From positions 1,976,011-2,040,010 of the forward strand of contig NC_019977.1 in assembly GCF_000328665.1 (NCBI RefSeq): a DNA stretch of 64,000 bases, read 5' to 3'. The DNA is from Methanomethylovorans hollandica DSM 15978 (GTDB lineage Archaea; Halobacteriota; Methanosarcinia; Methanosarcinales; Methanosarcinaceae). Numbering within the stretch: the stretch's first letter is position 1; each line of letters starts with the position of its first letter. Both the position numbers and the translations under genes were made by a program. Of this stretch, positions 42,711-51,844 are shown piece by piece. The notes under the pieces were generated by a model that was not told the DNA's origin, did no database searches, and saw nothing but the letters and a program-made list of their open reading frames with translations.

Positions 42711-43307
42711 ATGGGGAGAAAAAACAATCTGTTCCACAGGGCATGTATTGTATTGATGCTACTTTTTGTATCATCGTTTGTTGCTTGCGGGGTATCAGTT
42801 GCAGCGGAAGATACAAACGACATGGTCAACAGTGATATAGACCTGCAGATCTCTGAACAGCCGAACAAGAATAATATGACAGAGGCTGAAGAGAAGTTGA
42901 GCACGGATCTGCTTGAACTTCTGAGAACAACAAGACCAGGATCATCAACCGGAGCTATTATTAACTCAGATGAACAGGACCTTGTACATGTATATGTTTA
43001 CCTGTATAAAGGTAACAACACCGATGTTATAGCACCTATAGTACAGGAGATCACCAACTGGGACGAGGAAACTTCAGTAGCTGTTGCATGGGTAAGTGTA
43101 AACAGGCTGGAAGAGCTTGCCTTGCTTGAAGAAGTAAAAAACATAAGAACGGTAATTCCTCCTGTAGTGAATAATGGTTCTGCTACAAACGAAGATAACA
43201 TAAGTACTGATGCTGAAAAGGGTAACTATCTTGAAGACGGGAACTGGATAAAAATAATAGGGGTACTCCTTTTTACTGCAATAGTATTTAAAAAGAGATC
43301 TGAATGA
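42711..43307 (+). CDS. Secreted, membrane-anchored protein resembling a stand-alone subtilase propeptide
   Basis: Signal peptide ending SVAA; EKLSTDLL...VYVYL...VAWV...LEELA...VKNIRTVIPP; C-terminal TM plus KKR. Confidence 0.65.
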   Translation: MGRKNNLFHRACIVLMLLFVSSFVACGVSVAAEDTNDMVNSDIDLQISEQPNKNNMTEAEEKLSTDLLELLRTTRPGSSTGAIINSDEQDLVHVYVYLYKGNNTDVIAPIVQEITNWDEETSVAVAWVSVNRLEELALLEEVKNIRTVIPPVVNNGSATNEDNISTDAEKGNYLEDGNWIKIIGVLLFTAIVFKKRSE

Positions 43308-43368
43308 CAGTGTTTTATGCTGCTCCCCTCAGCAGTGTTTTTCATCAGATCACCTTTCTTTTATCAAA

Positions 43369-44217
43369 TCACTTTAACCCTTCAAGTCTTTTCTGATAGA
43401 ACAGATATTGCTGTGCATAACCACAGTACTTGCCAAAGTACATTCTGCCCCACATACCGATCTTGGTCTTGCTCATACCACCCTTGAAGAAGTCCTGGTT
43501 GCCATAGTAGGTCCTGATCACCTTTTCAACATGTGTGTCCACTGGAAAAGCTTCCATTTTCTCAAAAGCGAAGAGAAGGATACAATCTGCCACTTTCTCG
43601 CCTACACCATCAAGCGTCATTAGCTTCTTTTTAGCAGCCTCGTAGTCAAGTTCAAAAAGCTCGGCAAGGTCGATATCCCCATTAACTACCTGTACCGCTG
43701 CCTTTCTTATACGATTTGTTCTAAAACCCAGTCTGCAATCGCACAGATCGGAATCACATGCTATCGCTAATGAGTCTGGTTTTGGAAAACTATAATAGCC
43801 ATCAGCAATTTCCTCACCAAAAATTCTAGATAGCTTGAAAATGCCATTTTTTATATTGGGAATGCTCCAGGCAGTGGCAAGAAGATATGATATCAAACAT
43901 TCCCATGGGTCCTGCCGGATAAGGCGCATTCCCCTGTAACCGCTGATAGCTTCAGCCATGTATTTATCTTTATTTACAGCTTCCATTATACTGTTAAGAT
44001 CATCATCAAATCGGAAATAATTAAGGAAAAAATCCTTCGGCAATATGGAATCGATGTGTACAGCACCTGTTTGTATGTCCTGCCAGGTACGTACCACATC
44101 CCCCCGGACGACACCTGTCCATACATCACCAACCTTGTCCCATCTGAAAACCTGGCCACAATCCAGTGTATAGTCCAGATTGAAATCATCACACTGTAGA
44201 GTATGCATTGTTCTCAC
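43369..44217 (-). CDS. ogg: 8-oxoguanine DNA glycosylase (OGG1/AlkA HhH-GPD family)
   Basis: TLDCGQVFRW, QDPWECLISY, GVGEKVADC, FPVDTH, GYAQQYLF. Confidence 0.9.
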   Translation of the reverse strand: MRTMHTLQCDDFNLDYTLDCGQVFRWDKVGDVWTGVVRGDVVRTWQDIQTGAVHIDSILPKDFFLNYFRFDDDLNSIMEAVNKDKYMAEAISGYRGMRLIRQDPWECLISYLLATAWSIPNIKNGIFKLSRIFGEEIADGYYSFPKPDSLAIACDSDLCDCRLGFRTNRIRKAAVQVVNGDIDLAELFELDYEAAKKKLMTLDGVGEKVADCILLFAFEKMEAFPVDTHVEKVIRTYYGNQDFFKGGMSKTKIGMWGRMYFGKYCGYAQQYLFYQKRLEGLK

Positions 44218-44218
44218 C

Positions 44219-45556
44219 TTACTTTTTCCGCAGTTCCAGCTCCCTGAGAAACATTGAAGCGGTTACAGTATCTCCAAGACCCACAGTGGAAACAGGATCA
44301 TCAGTAAGCAGAGCAGGTATCATGCACACCTGATACTCATTATAAGTTCCTGCTGCACCACGACCTAACTGAACAGCTGCTGTTGCTTCAATGAATCGCT
44401 GCATCTGACCAAGACCAATTTCGCTTTCCTTCATATCTGAAGACATTGACCATAGTTTATTTCGATCATGAAGCTGGCCAGTAGATGCAAAAACTCCTGC
44501 ACATGCCACACCGAAACCCATAGCTTCAAGCTGCTCTTCCGGCAAAATGTCTTTCTGGGAAGATATGCTTAAGATATATTCCCTGGTGTGAACTATCATT
44601 TTCCGAAGACCTGAAGCCACAATACTACGCCTTGCAGCTTCCATTAAGGAAAAAACTTCCATCCGCAATATTTTGGCTGCATCCACCTGATGTATGGAAG
44701 TTAACATGGCAAGCTCATCTTCATTCATACCTATAGAACTTACAAGAGGTGATATCCTGGAAAACACATCCTGGGCGAGAACCGGATTACTAAAATGACC
44801 AAATTCAGCATGTATTGACATGTCATTGTTCATGTGACCCCACACATTTAACTGTTCCATTACTTTGTTGAGTTTGTCCCTGAAAGTAGAACCATCGGGA
44901 TAGGACTCAAGCATCATGTGGAAGCCCGATATAAGAAGACCATCCATTTCACCCGCATGCCTGATGGCATATTCTTCGAAGCAAGGATTGACCAGAAGAG
45001 ACATGTTCATAATGTCATAAGTAGCTATGAAACGGTTCTCCCTTGGTACTGTAAAATGTACATTCCCCCATGCCACCTTATCCCCTTTTTTGAAATCGAA
45101 CACAAAATGTATGGGCTCATCTTCTTCACACCTGGTTTCCTGAGAATATGTACCATCCCCGGGAATAAGAACAGCTTTTTTGGAAAAAAAAGAGAGCTGC
45201 CTTTTTGTGGGTTTCACAACGTTGGCAATTACGAGTTCTGCACCCATTTCCGAGAGTACATTTGCCATTATACCCATATTGCCACCCATCCTCAGTCGGG
45301 ACCCATTGATGAACTTATCCTTAAGAAGTTTGAATGCTTCCGGTCTGTGGACAAGCCATTCTGCACCTGTGCCCTCTTTCATACAGATAAGAAGTCCAGC
45401 AAGAAGATCAGACATGGAGTTTATAACGCCTGTGGGAGTTGCTATTTTTTCCACCAGCTCTGCTGCATCTTCAGAAGCGAGCATATCAGACACTTCCGCT
45501 CCTGTGATGGAATATAAGGCGTCTATATTGGCATTGTATGCGCAGAGTATCTTCAT
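44219..45556 (-). CDS. ADP-dependent sugar kinase, glucokinase-type
   Basis: YNANID, RMGGNMG, IHFVFDF, RENRFIATYD, TVGLGD. Confidence 0.85.
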   Translation of the reverse strand: MKILCAYNANIDALYSITGAEVSDMLASEDAAELVEKIATPTGVINSMSDLLAGLLICMKEGTGAEWLVHRPEAFKLLKDKFINGSRLRMGGNMGIMANVLSEMGAELVIANVVKPTKRQLSFFSKKAVLIPGDGTYSQETRCEEDEPIHFVFDFKKGDKVAWGNVHFTVPRENRFIATYDIMNMSLLVNPCFEEYAIRHAGEMDGLLISGFHMMLESYPDGSTFRDKLNKVMEQLNVWGHMNNDMSIHAEFGHFSNPVLAQDVFSRISPLVSSIGMNEDELAMLTSIHQVDAAKILRMEVFSLMEAARRSIVASGLRKMIVHTREYILSISSQKDILPEEQLEAMGFGVACAGVFASTGQLHDRNKLWSMSSDMKESEIGLGQMQRFIEATAAVQLGRGAAGTYNEYQVCMIPALLTDDPVSTVGLGDTVTASMFLRELELRKK

Positions 45557-45567
45557 CTCTACTCCTA

Positions 45568-47046
45568 TCAGTTAGCTTCATTCTTTTTCTTGAGCATAGC
45601 AAGGATCGCTACAAAAGCACCTGCTGAAATGGTGTCCCCGATACCCACAGTAGCCACAGGGTCAGGTACCACTTTTGAGGGGATGACAATAAGGTCATGG
45701 GTAAGCGCACATACGCAACCATCCTCGAACTCGGTCCCGGTACAGACATCTCTTCTGACAAGATATTTTTCAAGTTGATCAAGATCATGATGTCCCTGGC
45801 TGGATATTGGGACACTGAGACCGATTTCCCCTTCCCGGAGACTACCAATGCCACCATGCAATGCCTGGGCTGCTGCAAGAGTAGACGAGAACATCAAAGC
45901 ATCTCTGTGCTCTTCAACGCTAAGGGGGAAATCCCTGCAAGCCACACAGATATAGAACCCTAGGCAATGAATATGGACCCTTTCAAGTTTCAGTTCACAT
46001 AAGAGCTTAACAGCACCCTCGTACAGGGCAGAGATACTATTCTCGCCTTTGCTGATAACAGCATATGCAAGCTCCTCATGGCCCAGTACATTAAGAGCGT
46101 TAGCCACCTCAACAGTATCCAGTCCTAAAGAAGACACATGCTTGTACACAATATCCTTAAGGATCGTTTTTCTTATGACCTTGTTCTGGATAGAAGTAAA
46201 CTCCACATGTATGCGCATATCAGGGTTGCCTTCCTTAAGCCTTTTGATAACCTGCACAGCCTTTTTCACATAATCACGGTAAGTGGTCCCATCCTCATAT
46301 TTCTCCTTTATCATCTGATAACCTGCGAGTATAGCACCATCGATAACTCCATTCATATGCGGAATCTGATCGTATAGCTGCTCGCTCATATCTATGCGCA
46401 GCCAGGATGGTCGTGAAGAAATGATCAAACGATTATCTCTGGGAACTTCAAAACTGTCTTCATAATATTCAACCTTAGTACCTTTTGAGAATTCAAGTAT
46501 CCAGTTTACCTTAGGACGCTGGTCCGGATCATAGGCCTCTGAGGGATGTCTCAGTTTGAGCACACCATCCTCAATTACCGGATATTTGAGATTAGGAGAA
46601 TCAACAAAATATTCTGCTTGTTCCCTGGACAACCATGGAACATAGGTTATAACATTTTTAATTCCAAGATTGGCAAGCAAGTTAGAAATGATGCCAGCCT
46701 GACCTCCCATACGGGCTTTATCGAATACCAGATTATCCATGAGCCACTGGTGGATATCAGTAGTATAGGTAGGCACTTCGGCAGCTTTGCCATCGCGCAT
46801 GGCTATCACAAGCCTCGCCAGAAGGTCCACCGGATCCTGAACTTCACGTGGATATCCTGCTATCCTTTGCTGCACCGCCTTGGCACCCACTATGGAAATG
46901 AGCTTATGGATATCTTTTTCAGTGACATGCTTTATAGCATCTACATTACTGTTGTATGCTACAAAGATACCATTAATGTCACCAAGTACATCACTGATAC
47001 TGGAAAAGGCCGTAGAATAACGCTTCTCCCATTCTTGTATGTCCAT
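45568..47046 (-). CDS. pfkC: ADP-dependent phosphofructokinase
   Basis: YNSNVD, RMGGQAG, VNWILEF, RLIISSR, TVGIGD. Confidence 0.92.
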   Translation of the reverse strand: MDIQEWEKRYSTAFSSISDVLGDINGIFVAYNSNVDAIKHVTEKDIHKLISIVGAKAVQQRIAGYPREVQDPVDLLARLVIAMRDGKAAEVPTYTTDIHQWLMDNLVFDKARMGGQAGIISNLLANLGIKNVITYVPWLSREQAEYFVDSPNLKYPVIEDGVLKLRHPSEAYDPDQRPKVNWILEFSKGTKVEYYEDSFEVPRDNRLIISSRPSWLRIDMSEQLYDQIPHMNGVIDGAILAGYQMIKEKYEDGTTYRDYVKKAVQVIKRLKEGNPDMRIHVEFTSIQNKVIRKTILKDIVYKHVSSLGLDTVEVANALNVLGHEELAYAVISKGENSISALYEGAVKLLCELKLERVHIHCLGFYICVACRDFPLSVEEHRDALMFSSTLAAAQALHGGIGSLREGEIGLSVPISSQGHHDLDQLEKYLVRRDVCTGTEFEDGCVCALTHDLIVIPSKVVPDPVATVGIGDTISAGAFVAILAMLKKKNEAN

Positions 47047-47094
47047 GCATTCACCCTTATTTGTAACCCCTTGATCTGAAAATAAAAACTGAGC

Positions 47095-48279
47095 TTATGT
47101 AGTGTACTCAGCATTTATGCGCACATAATCATAAGTAAGATCACAACCCCAGGCTGTAGCACTGCTTTCCCCCAATCCCAGGTCAACTATGATATACACT
47201 TTCGATCCGCCCATTATTTCCCCAAGCAAAGAGAGAGCTGACTCACTTGTCCCCTGGACCTTACCCCTGCTGACTAATTCGATCATGTTCTTGCCATCTG
47301 AGAAAGCCAGCGATAGCTTGTGCTGATCTACCTCTGCACCGGAATAACCCACTGCTGCTGTTACACGCCCCCAGTTAGGATCTTTACCAAATACTGCCGA
47401 CTTCACAAGTGGTGAGCGTACAATGGCCTTTGCTGCTATACGAGCATCTTCATCAGATAGGGCACCTGTTACCTTTGCCTCTATGAGCCTTGTGGCCCCT
47501 TCGCCATCTGCAGCTATCATTTTTCCAAGCTCTGTCAACACATGGTCAAGCCCCTGCTGGAACGCAGCTGGCACTGGCTCAATACCAGACTTACCTGTTG
47601 CTGTTAAGAGCACCATATCATTGGTACTTGTGTCACCATCCACTACTACCATATTAAAACTTTTGTCCACAGTCCTGGTAAGGCATTCTTGCAATGAGGC
47701 TGAAGGCATTTTTGCATCCGTGTAAGCAAAACATAGCATTGTGCCCATGTTGGGCTCTATCATACCAGCACCTTTGGCAATGGCCCCGATACGGACACCG
47801 CTATCAAGTTCAATAGCTATCTCTTTCATTGTCGTATCAGTGGTCATTATGGACCTTGCTGCTGCACGGCTGCCTTCGTGATCTGCTTTTAATGAAGCTA
47901 TGACATCCAGAAGGTTCGAAGCTATCCATTTTATGTCCAGCCGCCTGCCAATGACACCGGTAGAAGCTACTGCCACCTGTTCAGGATCCAGGGACAACGC
48001 ATCCGCCAGCATGCTGGCCATTTCCCTTGCATCTTCAAGACCCTGTTCACCGGTAAAAGCATTTGCATTGCCGCTGTTGACTATTAAGGCACTGAGCTTG
48101 CCATGTTTTTGAAGATGCTCCTTTGTAACTACCAGAGGAGCAGCAATGACCTTGTTCCTGGTAAACACTCCAGCAGCATTGCCTTCTGCCACGATCACTC
48201 CAAGACCCATCTTACCGGGTTTGATACCCCAGGCTTTAACACCCTTTACAGCACAAATACCACCATCTATCGGTTTCAT
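47095..48279 (-). CDS. argJ: Ornithine acetyltransferase / N-acetylglutamate synthase
   Basis: NSGNANA, STGVIG, KGAGMIEPNMGTM, DGDTSTND, INAEYTT. Confidence 0.97.
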   Translation of the reverse strand: MKPIDGGICAVKGVKAWGIKPGKMGLGVIVAEGNAAGVFTRNKVIAAPLVVTKEHLQKHGKLSALIVNSGNANAFTGEQGLEDAREMASMLADALSLDPEQVAVASTGVIGRRLDIKWIASNLLDVIASLKADHEGSRAAARSIMTTDTTMKEIAIELDSGVRIGAIAKGAGMIEPNMGTMLCFAYTDAKMPSASLQECLTRTVDKSFNMVVVDGDTSTNDMVLLTATGKSGIEPVPAAFQQGLDHVLTELGKMIAADGEGATRLIEAKVTGALSDEDARIAAKAIVRSPLVKSAVFGKDPNWGRVTAAVGYSGAEVDQHKLSLAFSDGKNMIELVSRGKVQGTSESALSLLGEIMGGSKVYIIVDLGLGESSATAWGCDLTYDYVRINAEYTT

Positions 48280-48749
48280 TGCTCCGTATTCCCTCCAAGC
48301 CCGTGTATGATATCACCACGAGTGATGATACCGACCAGAATATCATCCTCTACAACCGGGAGGCGGTTCACCTTGTGCTTCGTGATAAGCCTGACCGCAT
48401 CCTGGATACTGTTTTCAGGGGATATCAAATGCACATTCTTTTGCATGATCTCGCTGACAGGCTTTGAACCAATGTCATCAAGCATGTGTTTAGTTTCCTC
48501 CCAGTTCAGAAGTTCACGTATGGGTATCTCTATTACCTCAAAGGGACTGGGCAGCCACAGACCTCCATGCTCAGGAACTTCCAGCAATTTGAGAAGGTCG
48601 CCTTCTGAGACTATGCCTACAACCCTTCCCTCTTCTACAACCGGAAGGCCACTAATGTTATGCTTTTTGAGCAGCTGAGAAGCCTCACTTATGGTTGTGT
48701 GAGGATCACATACGATCACATCGGTATTCATTATGTCTTTGACTTGCAT
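48276..48749 (-). CDS. CBS domain protein
   Basis: Tandem CBS motifs ISGLPVV...GIVSEGD and VNRLPVV...GIITRGD. Confidence 0.92.
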   Translation of the reverse strand: MQVKDIMNTDVIVCDPHTTISEASQLLKKHNISGLPVVEEGRVVGIVSEGDLLKLLEVPEHGGLWLPSPFEVIEIPIRELLNWEETKHMLDDIGSKPVSEIMQKNVHLISPENSIQDAVRLITKHKVNRLPVVEDDILVGIITRGDIIHGLGGNTEQ

Positions 48750-48779
48750 AGATTACACCATCTTAATAAGCATTGAAAC

Positions 48780-49793
48780 TTAAGGGGCTACACCTGACAT
48801 CCACAAACCGGTAGTTTCACCTAAGCCACACATGATGTTCATATTCTGTATAGCCTGTCCTGAAGCTCCCTTTACCAGGTTGTCGATCGCGGAGATAACA
48901 ACTACGCGATTATTACGGGTATCCACTTCAAAGCCTATATCGCAAAAATTGGAGCCTCTTACTGCACTAAGAGAGGGAATACCATCCACCACTCTGACAA
49001 AAGGCTTGTCCTGATACATTTCTGCGTACAGGTCCATGACATCATATTGTGTAAGCTTGCCTTTGGTAAAGATGTGAGCTGTAGTAAGTATGCCCCTCAC
49101 GGAGGGAATAATATGAGGTGTGAAACTGATCCTGGTAAGAGAATTATCCAGACGCTGTAGCTCCTGAGTGAACTCGGCCAGATGCCTGTGAGTTGTCAGT
49201 TTGTACGGCTGAACATTCTCGGCCATGTTTGGATAGTGTGAAGCCTGACTCGGTTCAATACCAGCACCTGAAACACCGGTCTTCGAATCAAATACGACAT
49301 TTTCGATCATAGAAACCTGCGCAAGGGGAGCGGCTGCAAGAGTGGCACCTGTTGGAAAACAACCAGGATTGGCTATGAACTTTTCGTGCTTCACTTCCGG
49401 ATGCAACTCCGGCATTCCATAGACCACATGACGCGGATCCTGGTGTTTAATACCGTACACTTTCTCAAAGACATCTGGATTAAGACGATAATCAGCACTC
49501 AGATCAATTACCTTCACTTTGTCGTCGAGGAGCTTTGGTACGATCTCCATGGCAGTGCCATGAGGCACAGCTACAAAGACCACATCACACCTATCTTTTA
49601 TTTCCTGTGAATCGGGGTTTTCAAACTCCAGGTCCACCATGTCCTTGAGATGCCTGTGAGTAGCAGATACTTTCTGGCCGATCAACTTACGGGATGTAGC
49701 AAGTTCGACCCTGGCCTGCGGGTGGTTAAACAGCAAGCGCATAAGCTCGCCGCCTGTGTAACCTGATGCACCGATGATTCCTATGTCAAGCAT
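48780..49793 (-). CDS. argC: N-acetyl-gamma-glutamyl-phosphate reductase
   Basis: GASGYTGGEL, IANPGCFPT, IDNLVKGASGQA. Confidence 0.97.
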   Translation of the reverse strand: MLDIGIIGASGYTGGELMRLLFNHPQARVELATSRKLIGQKVSATHRHLKDMVDLEFENPDSQEIKDRCDVVFVAVPHGTAMEIVPKLLDDKVKVIDLSADYRLNPDVFEKVYGIKHQDPRHVVYGMPELHPEVKHEKFIANPGCFPTGATLAAAPLAQVSMIENVVFDSKTGVSGAGIEPSQASHYPNMAENVQPYKLTTHRHLAEFTQELQRLDNSLTRISFTPHIIPSVRGILTTAHIFTKGKLTQYDVMDLYAEMYQDKPFVRVVDGIPSLSAVRGSNFCDIGFEVDTRNNRVVVISAIDNLVKGASGQAIQNMNIMCGLGETTGLWMSGVAP

Positions 49794-49967
49794 GATATTC
49801 ACTTTTGTATTAGATGATAAAGATTAATTTGAGTATTGTTTAATGCTTGAACTAATAAAAGGGTTTGTCAAGAATAGAGCTTGATCAGGGGATGCAAGAT
49901 ACCAGATATCTGTTTTTCAGGATACTATTAAAAAATGATGCTTAAATCTAACAGAATGCAGCAATTT

Positions 49968-50077
49968 GGCAGCGCATCTTAAATGCTGTAAAATACGATA
50001 TCCTGTACCTTAGTAGAATATTGCTAACAACTAGGAGAAGTTACAGGAAAAATTTACAGCGAAATGGATACGCTACA
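49968..50077. mobile_element. MITE-like element, copy A
   Basis: Imperfect ~24-bp terminal inverted repeats; ~84% identical over 80 bp (manual count) to 55925-56004. Confidence 0.6.
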
Positions 50078-50194
50078 TTTATAATTGAGGGAAGATTAGA
50101 AAACAAGAATATAATGAAATATAAATTCTCCCTTAAATACGAAATCTGTACTTGTAAGCGTTCAATGCAGGATTATTAAAGGAGATGTGAGAAA

Positions 50195-51712
50195 ATATCG
50201 CTTCCTGTAAATGTCAAAGAGCTGATCAATGGCCACACAGTTGAATGGGAGCGTATCGAATTTAAAAATGGCTGGAACCCAGAATCAATTTTGCACAGCA
50301 TCTGTGCATTTGCCAATGATTTTAATAACTGGGGTGGTGGCTATATTATTGTTGGGATAGGGGAAAAAGAAGGACTTCCTGTTTTCCCTCCTTCTGGGCT
50401 TGAAATTGAACAAATCGACAGGATACAGAAAGAACTACATGGCATGTGTAATAAACTGTATCTGGCATATTTTCCTGTTGTTGAACCTGTATACTTCCAG
50501 AAAAAGCATGTTTTGATCATCTGGGTACCTGGAGGACAAAATCGCCCTTATAAATCTCCTATTTCACTTGGTAAGAAAAATGACTATGCCTATTACATTA
50601 GGAGATTCTCAAAGACTGTAAAGGCAAAAGGCGATGAGGAAAGGGAACTGTTGTCTATGACTGCGTCACTACCATTTGATGATAGGATAAATCACAATGC
50701 AAGTATTGACGACCTGAACTTTACTCTTATCAAATCCCATCTTAAAGAGATAGGTAGCGATCTTCTCACAGAAGCTGATAGAATACCGTTCATAGACCTG
50801 TGCAGAAGGATGAACATTGTAGAAGGACCTGATGAATATGTTAAGCCAAAAAACGTGGGTCTTTTATTCTTTAACGATGAACCCCACAGGTACTTTAAGG
50901 GAGCACAGATAGATATTGTTGAGTTCAAGGATGAGGTAGGAGATAGCTTCACAGAGAGAATTTTCACAGGTCCTCTGAGGCAGCAGATAGTTTCTGTTCT
51001 AGCATACATAAAGAACAATATCCTTGTTGAGAATATAAGGAAAGTACCTGACAGGGCAGAAGCGATACGCTTTTTCAATTACCCATACCAAGCTTTCGAA
51101 GAAGCCCTTGTGAATGCGGTCTATCACAAAAGTTATGAGATAAATGAGCCCGTAGAGGTCAGGATATACTCTGACAAAATGGAGATACTCAGTTACCCGG
51201 GACCACTTCCTCCTCTTAATAAAGACAATCTGATGAATGAAAATATCTCTTCAAGACGATACAGAAACAGGATAATAGGAGATTTACTTAAAGAACTACA
51301 TTTGACAGAAGGCAGAAATACTGGATTCCGGAAGATAAGAAAATCTCTTATGATGAACGGTTCCCCAGAACCTGTATTTAGGACAGATGACGAGAGGAGC
51401 TATTTCCTGACAGTTCTAAGGATACATCCTGAGGCCCAAGTCGAGGCCCAAGTCGAGGCCCAAGTCGAAAAGGTAATAGGATTGACTGATACTCAGGCAA
51501 AGATCCTATCTGAATGTGCTATAAAACCGATGTCTAAAAGAGAAATAGCTGAGATACTAGGCCATTCCAATGTGTCCGGGAACTTGAAAAAAGCTATAAC
51601 AGAACTTCTAAGTAATGGGTTGCTCGATTATACGATACCTGAAAAACCAAGAAGCCGATTACAGCGGTATCAAACAACTGTTTCAGGCAGGAAACTCATT
51701 AAAAAAGACTGA
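50195..51712 (+). CDS. AlbA_2 (Schlafen-like) + HATPase_c_4 + C-terminal HTH protein
   Basis: VEWERIEFK, ICAFAN...GGGYIIVGI, EALVNAVYH, YRNRII, EGRNTGF, PEKPRSRLQRY; the conserved N-terminus extends to ATA at 50195. Confidence 0.85.
   Translation: MSLPVNVKELINGHTVEWERIEFKNGWNPESILHSICAFANDFNNWGGGYIIVGIGEKEGLPVFPPSGLEIEQIDRIQKELHGMCNKLYLAYFPVVEPVYFQKKHVLIIWVPGGQNRPYKSPISLGKKNDYAYYIRRFSKTVKAKGDEERELLSMTASLPFDDRINHNASIDDLNFTLIKSHLKEIGSDLLTEADRIPFIDLCRRMNIVEGPDEYVKPKNVGLLFFNDEPHRYFKGAQIDIVEFKDEVGDSFTERIFTGPLRQQIVSVLAYIKNNILVENIRKVPDRAEAIRFFNYPYQAFEEALVNAVYHKSYEINEPVEVRIYSDKMEILSYPGPLPPLNKDNLMNENISSRRYRNRIIGDLLKELHLTEGRNTGFRKIRKSLMMNGSPEPVFRTDDERSYFLTVLRIHPEAQVEAQVEAQVEKVIGLTDTQAKILSECAIKPMSKREIAEILGHSNVSGNLKKAITELLSNGLLDYTIPEKPRSRLQRYQTTVSGRKLIKKD
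51431..51466 (+). repeat. Perfect 12-bp tandem repeat x3 (GAGGCCCAAGTC, encodes EAQV)
   Basis: Directly visible in the interdomain linker. Confidence 0.9.
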
Positions 51713-51844
51713 ATTCGTGGTAGCATTATTTGCAATCCTTTTCTTTACAGTGCCCATAGACTTCTTTCAGACATATCTTTTTAAGATTGTTATTTAAAAA
51801 TAAACGGAATAGAGCGAAATAATATTCGCTCACATTCAAACTAT

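Noticed and set aside
19850..49800. Many 60-200 aa antisense ORFs in the ORF track over ribosomal and metabolic genes
   Set aside because: Shadow ORFs of well-supported genes; no independent coding evidence
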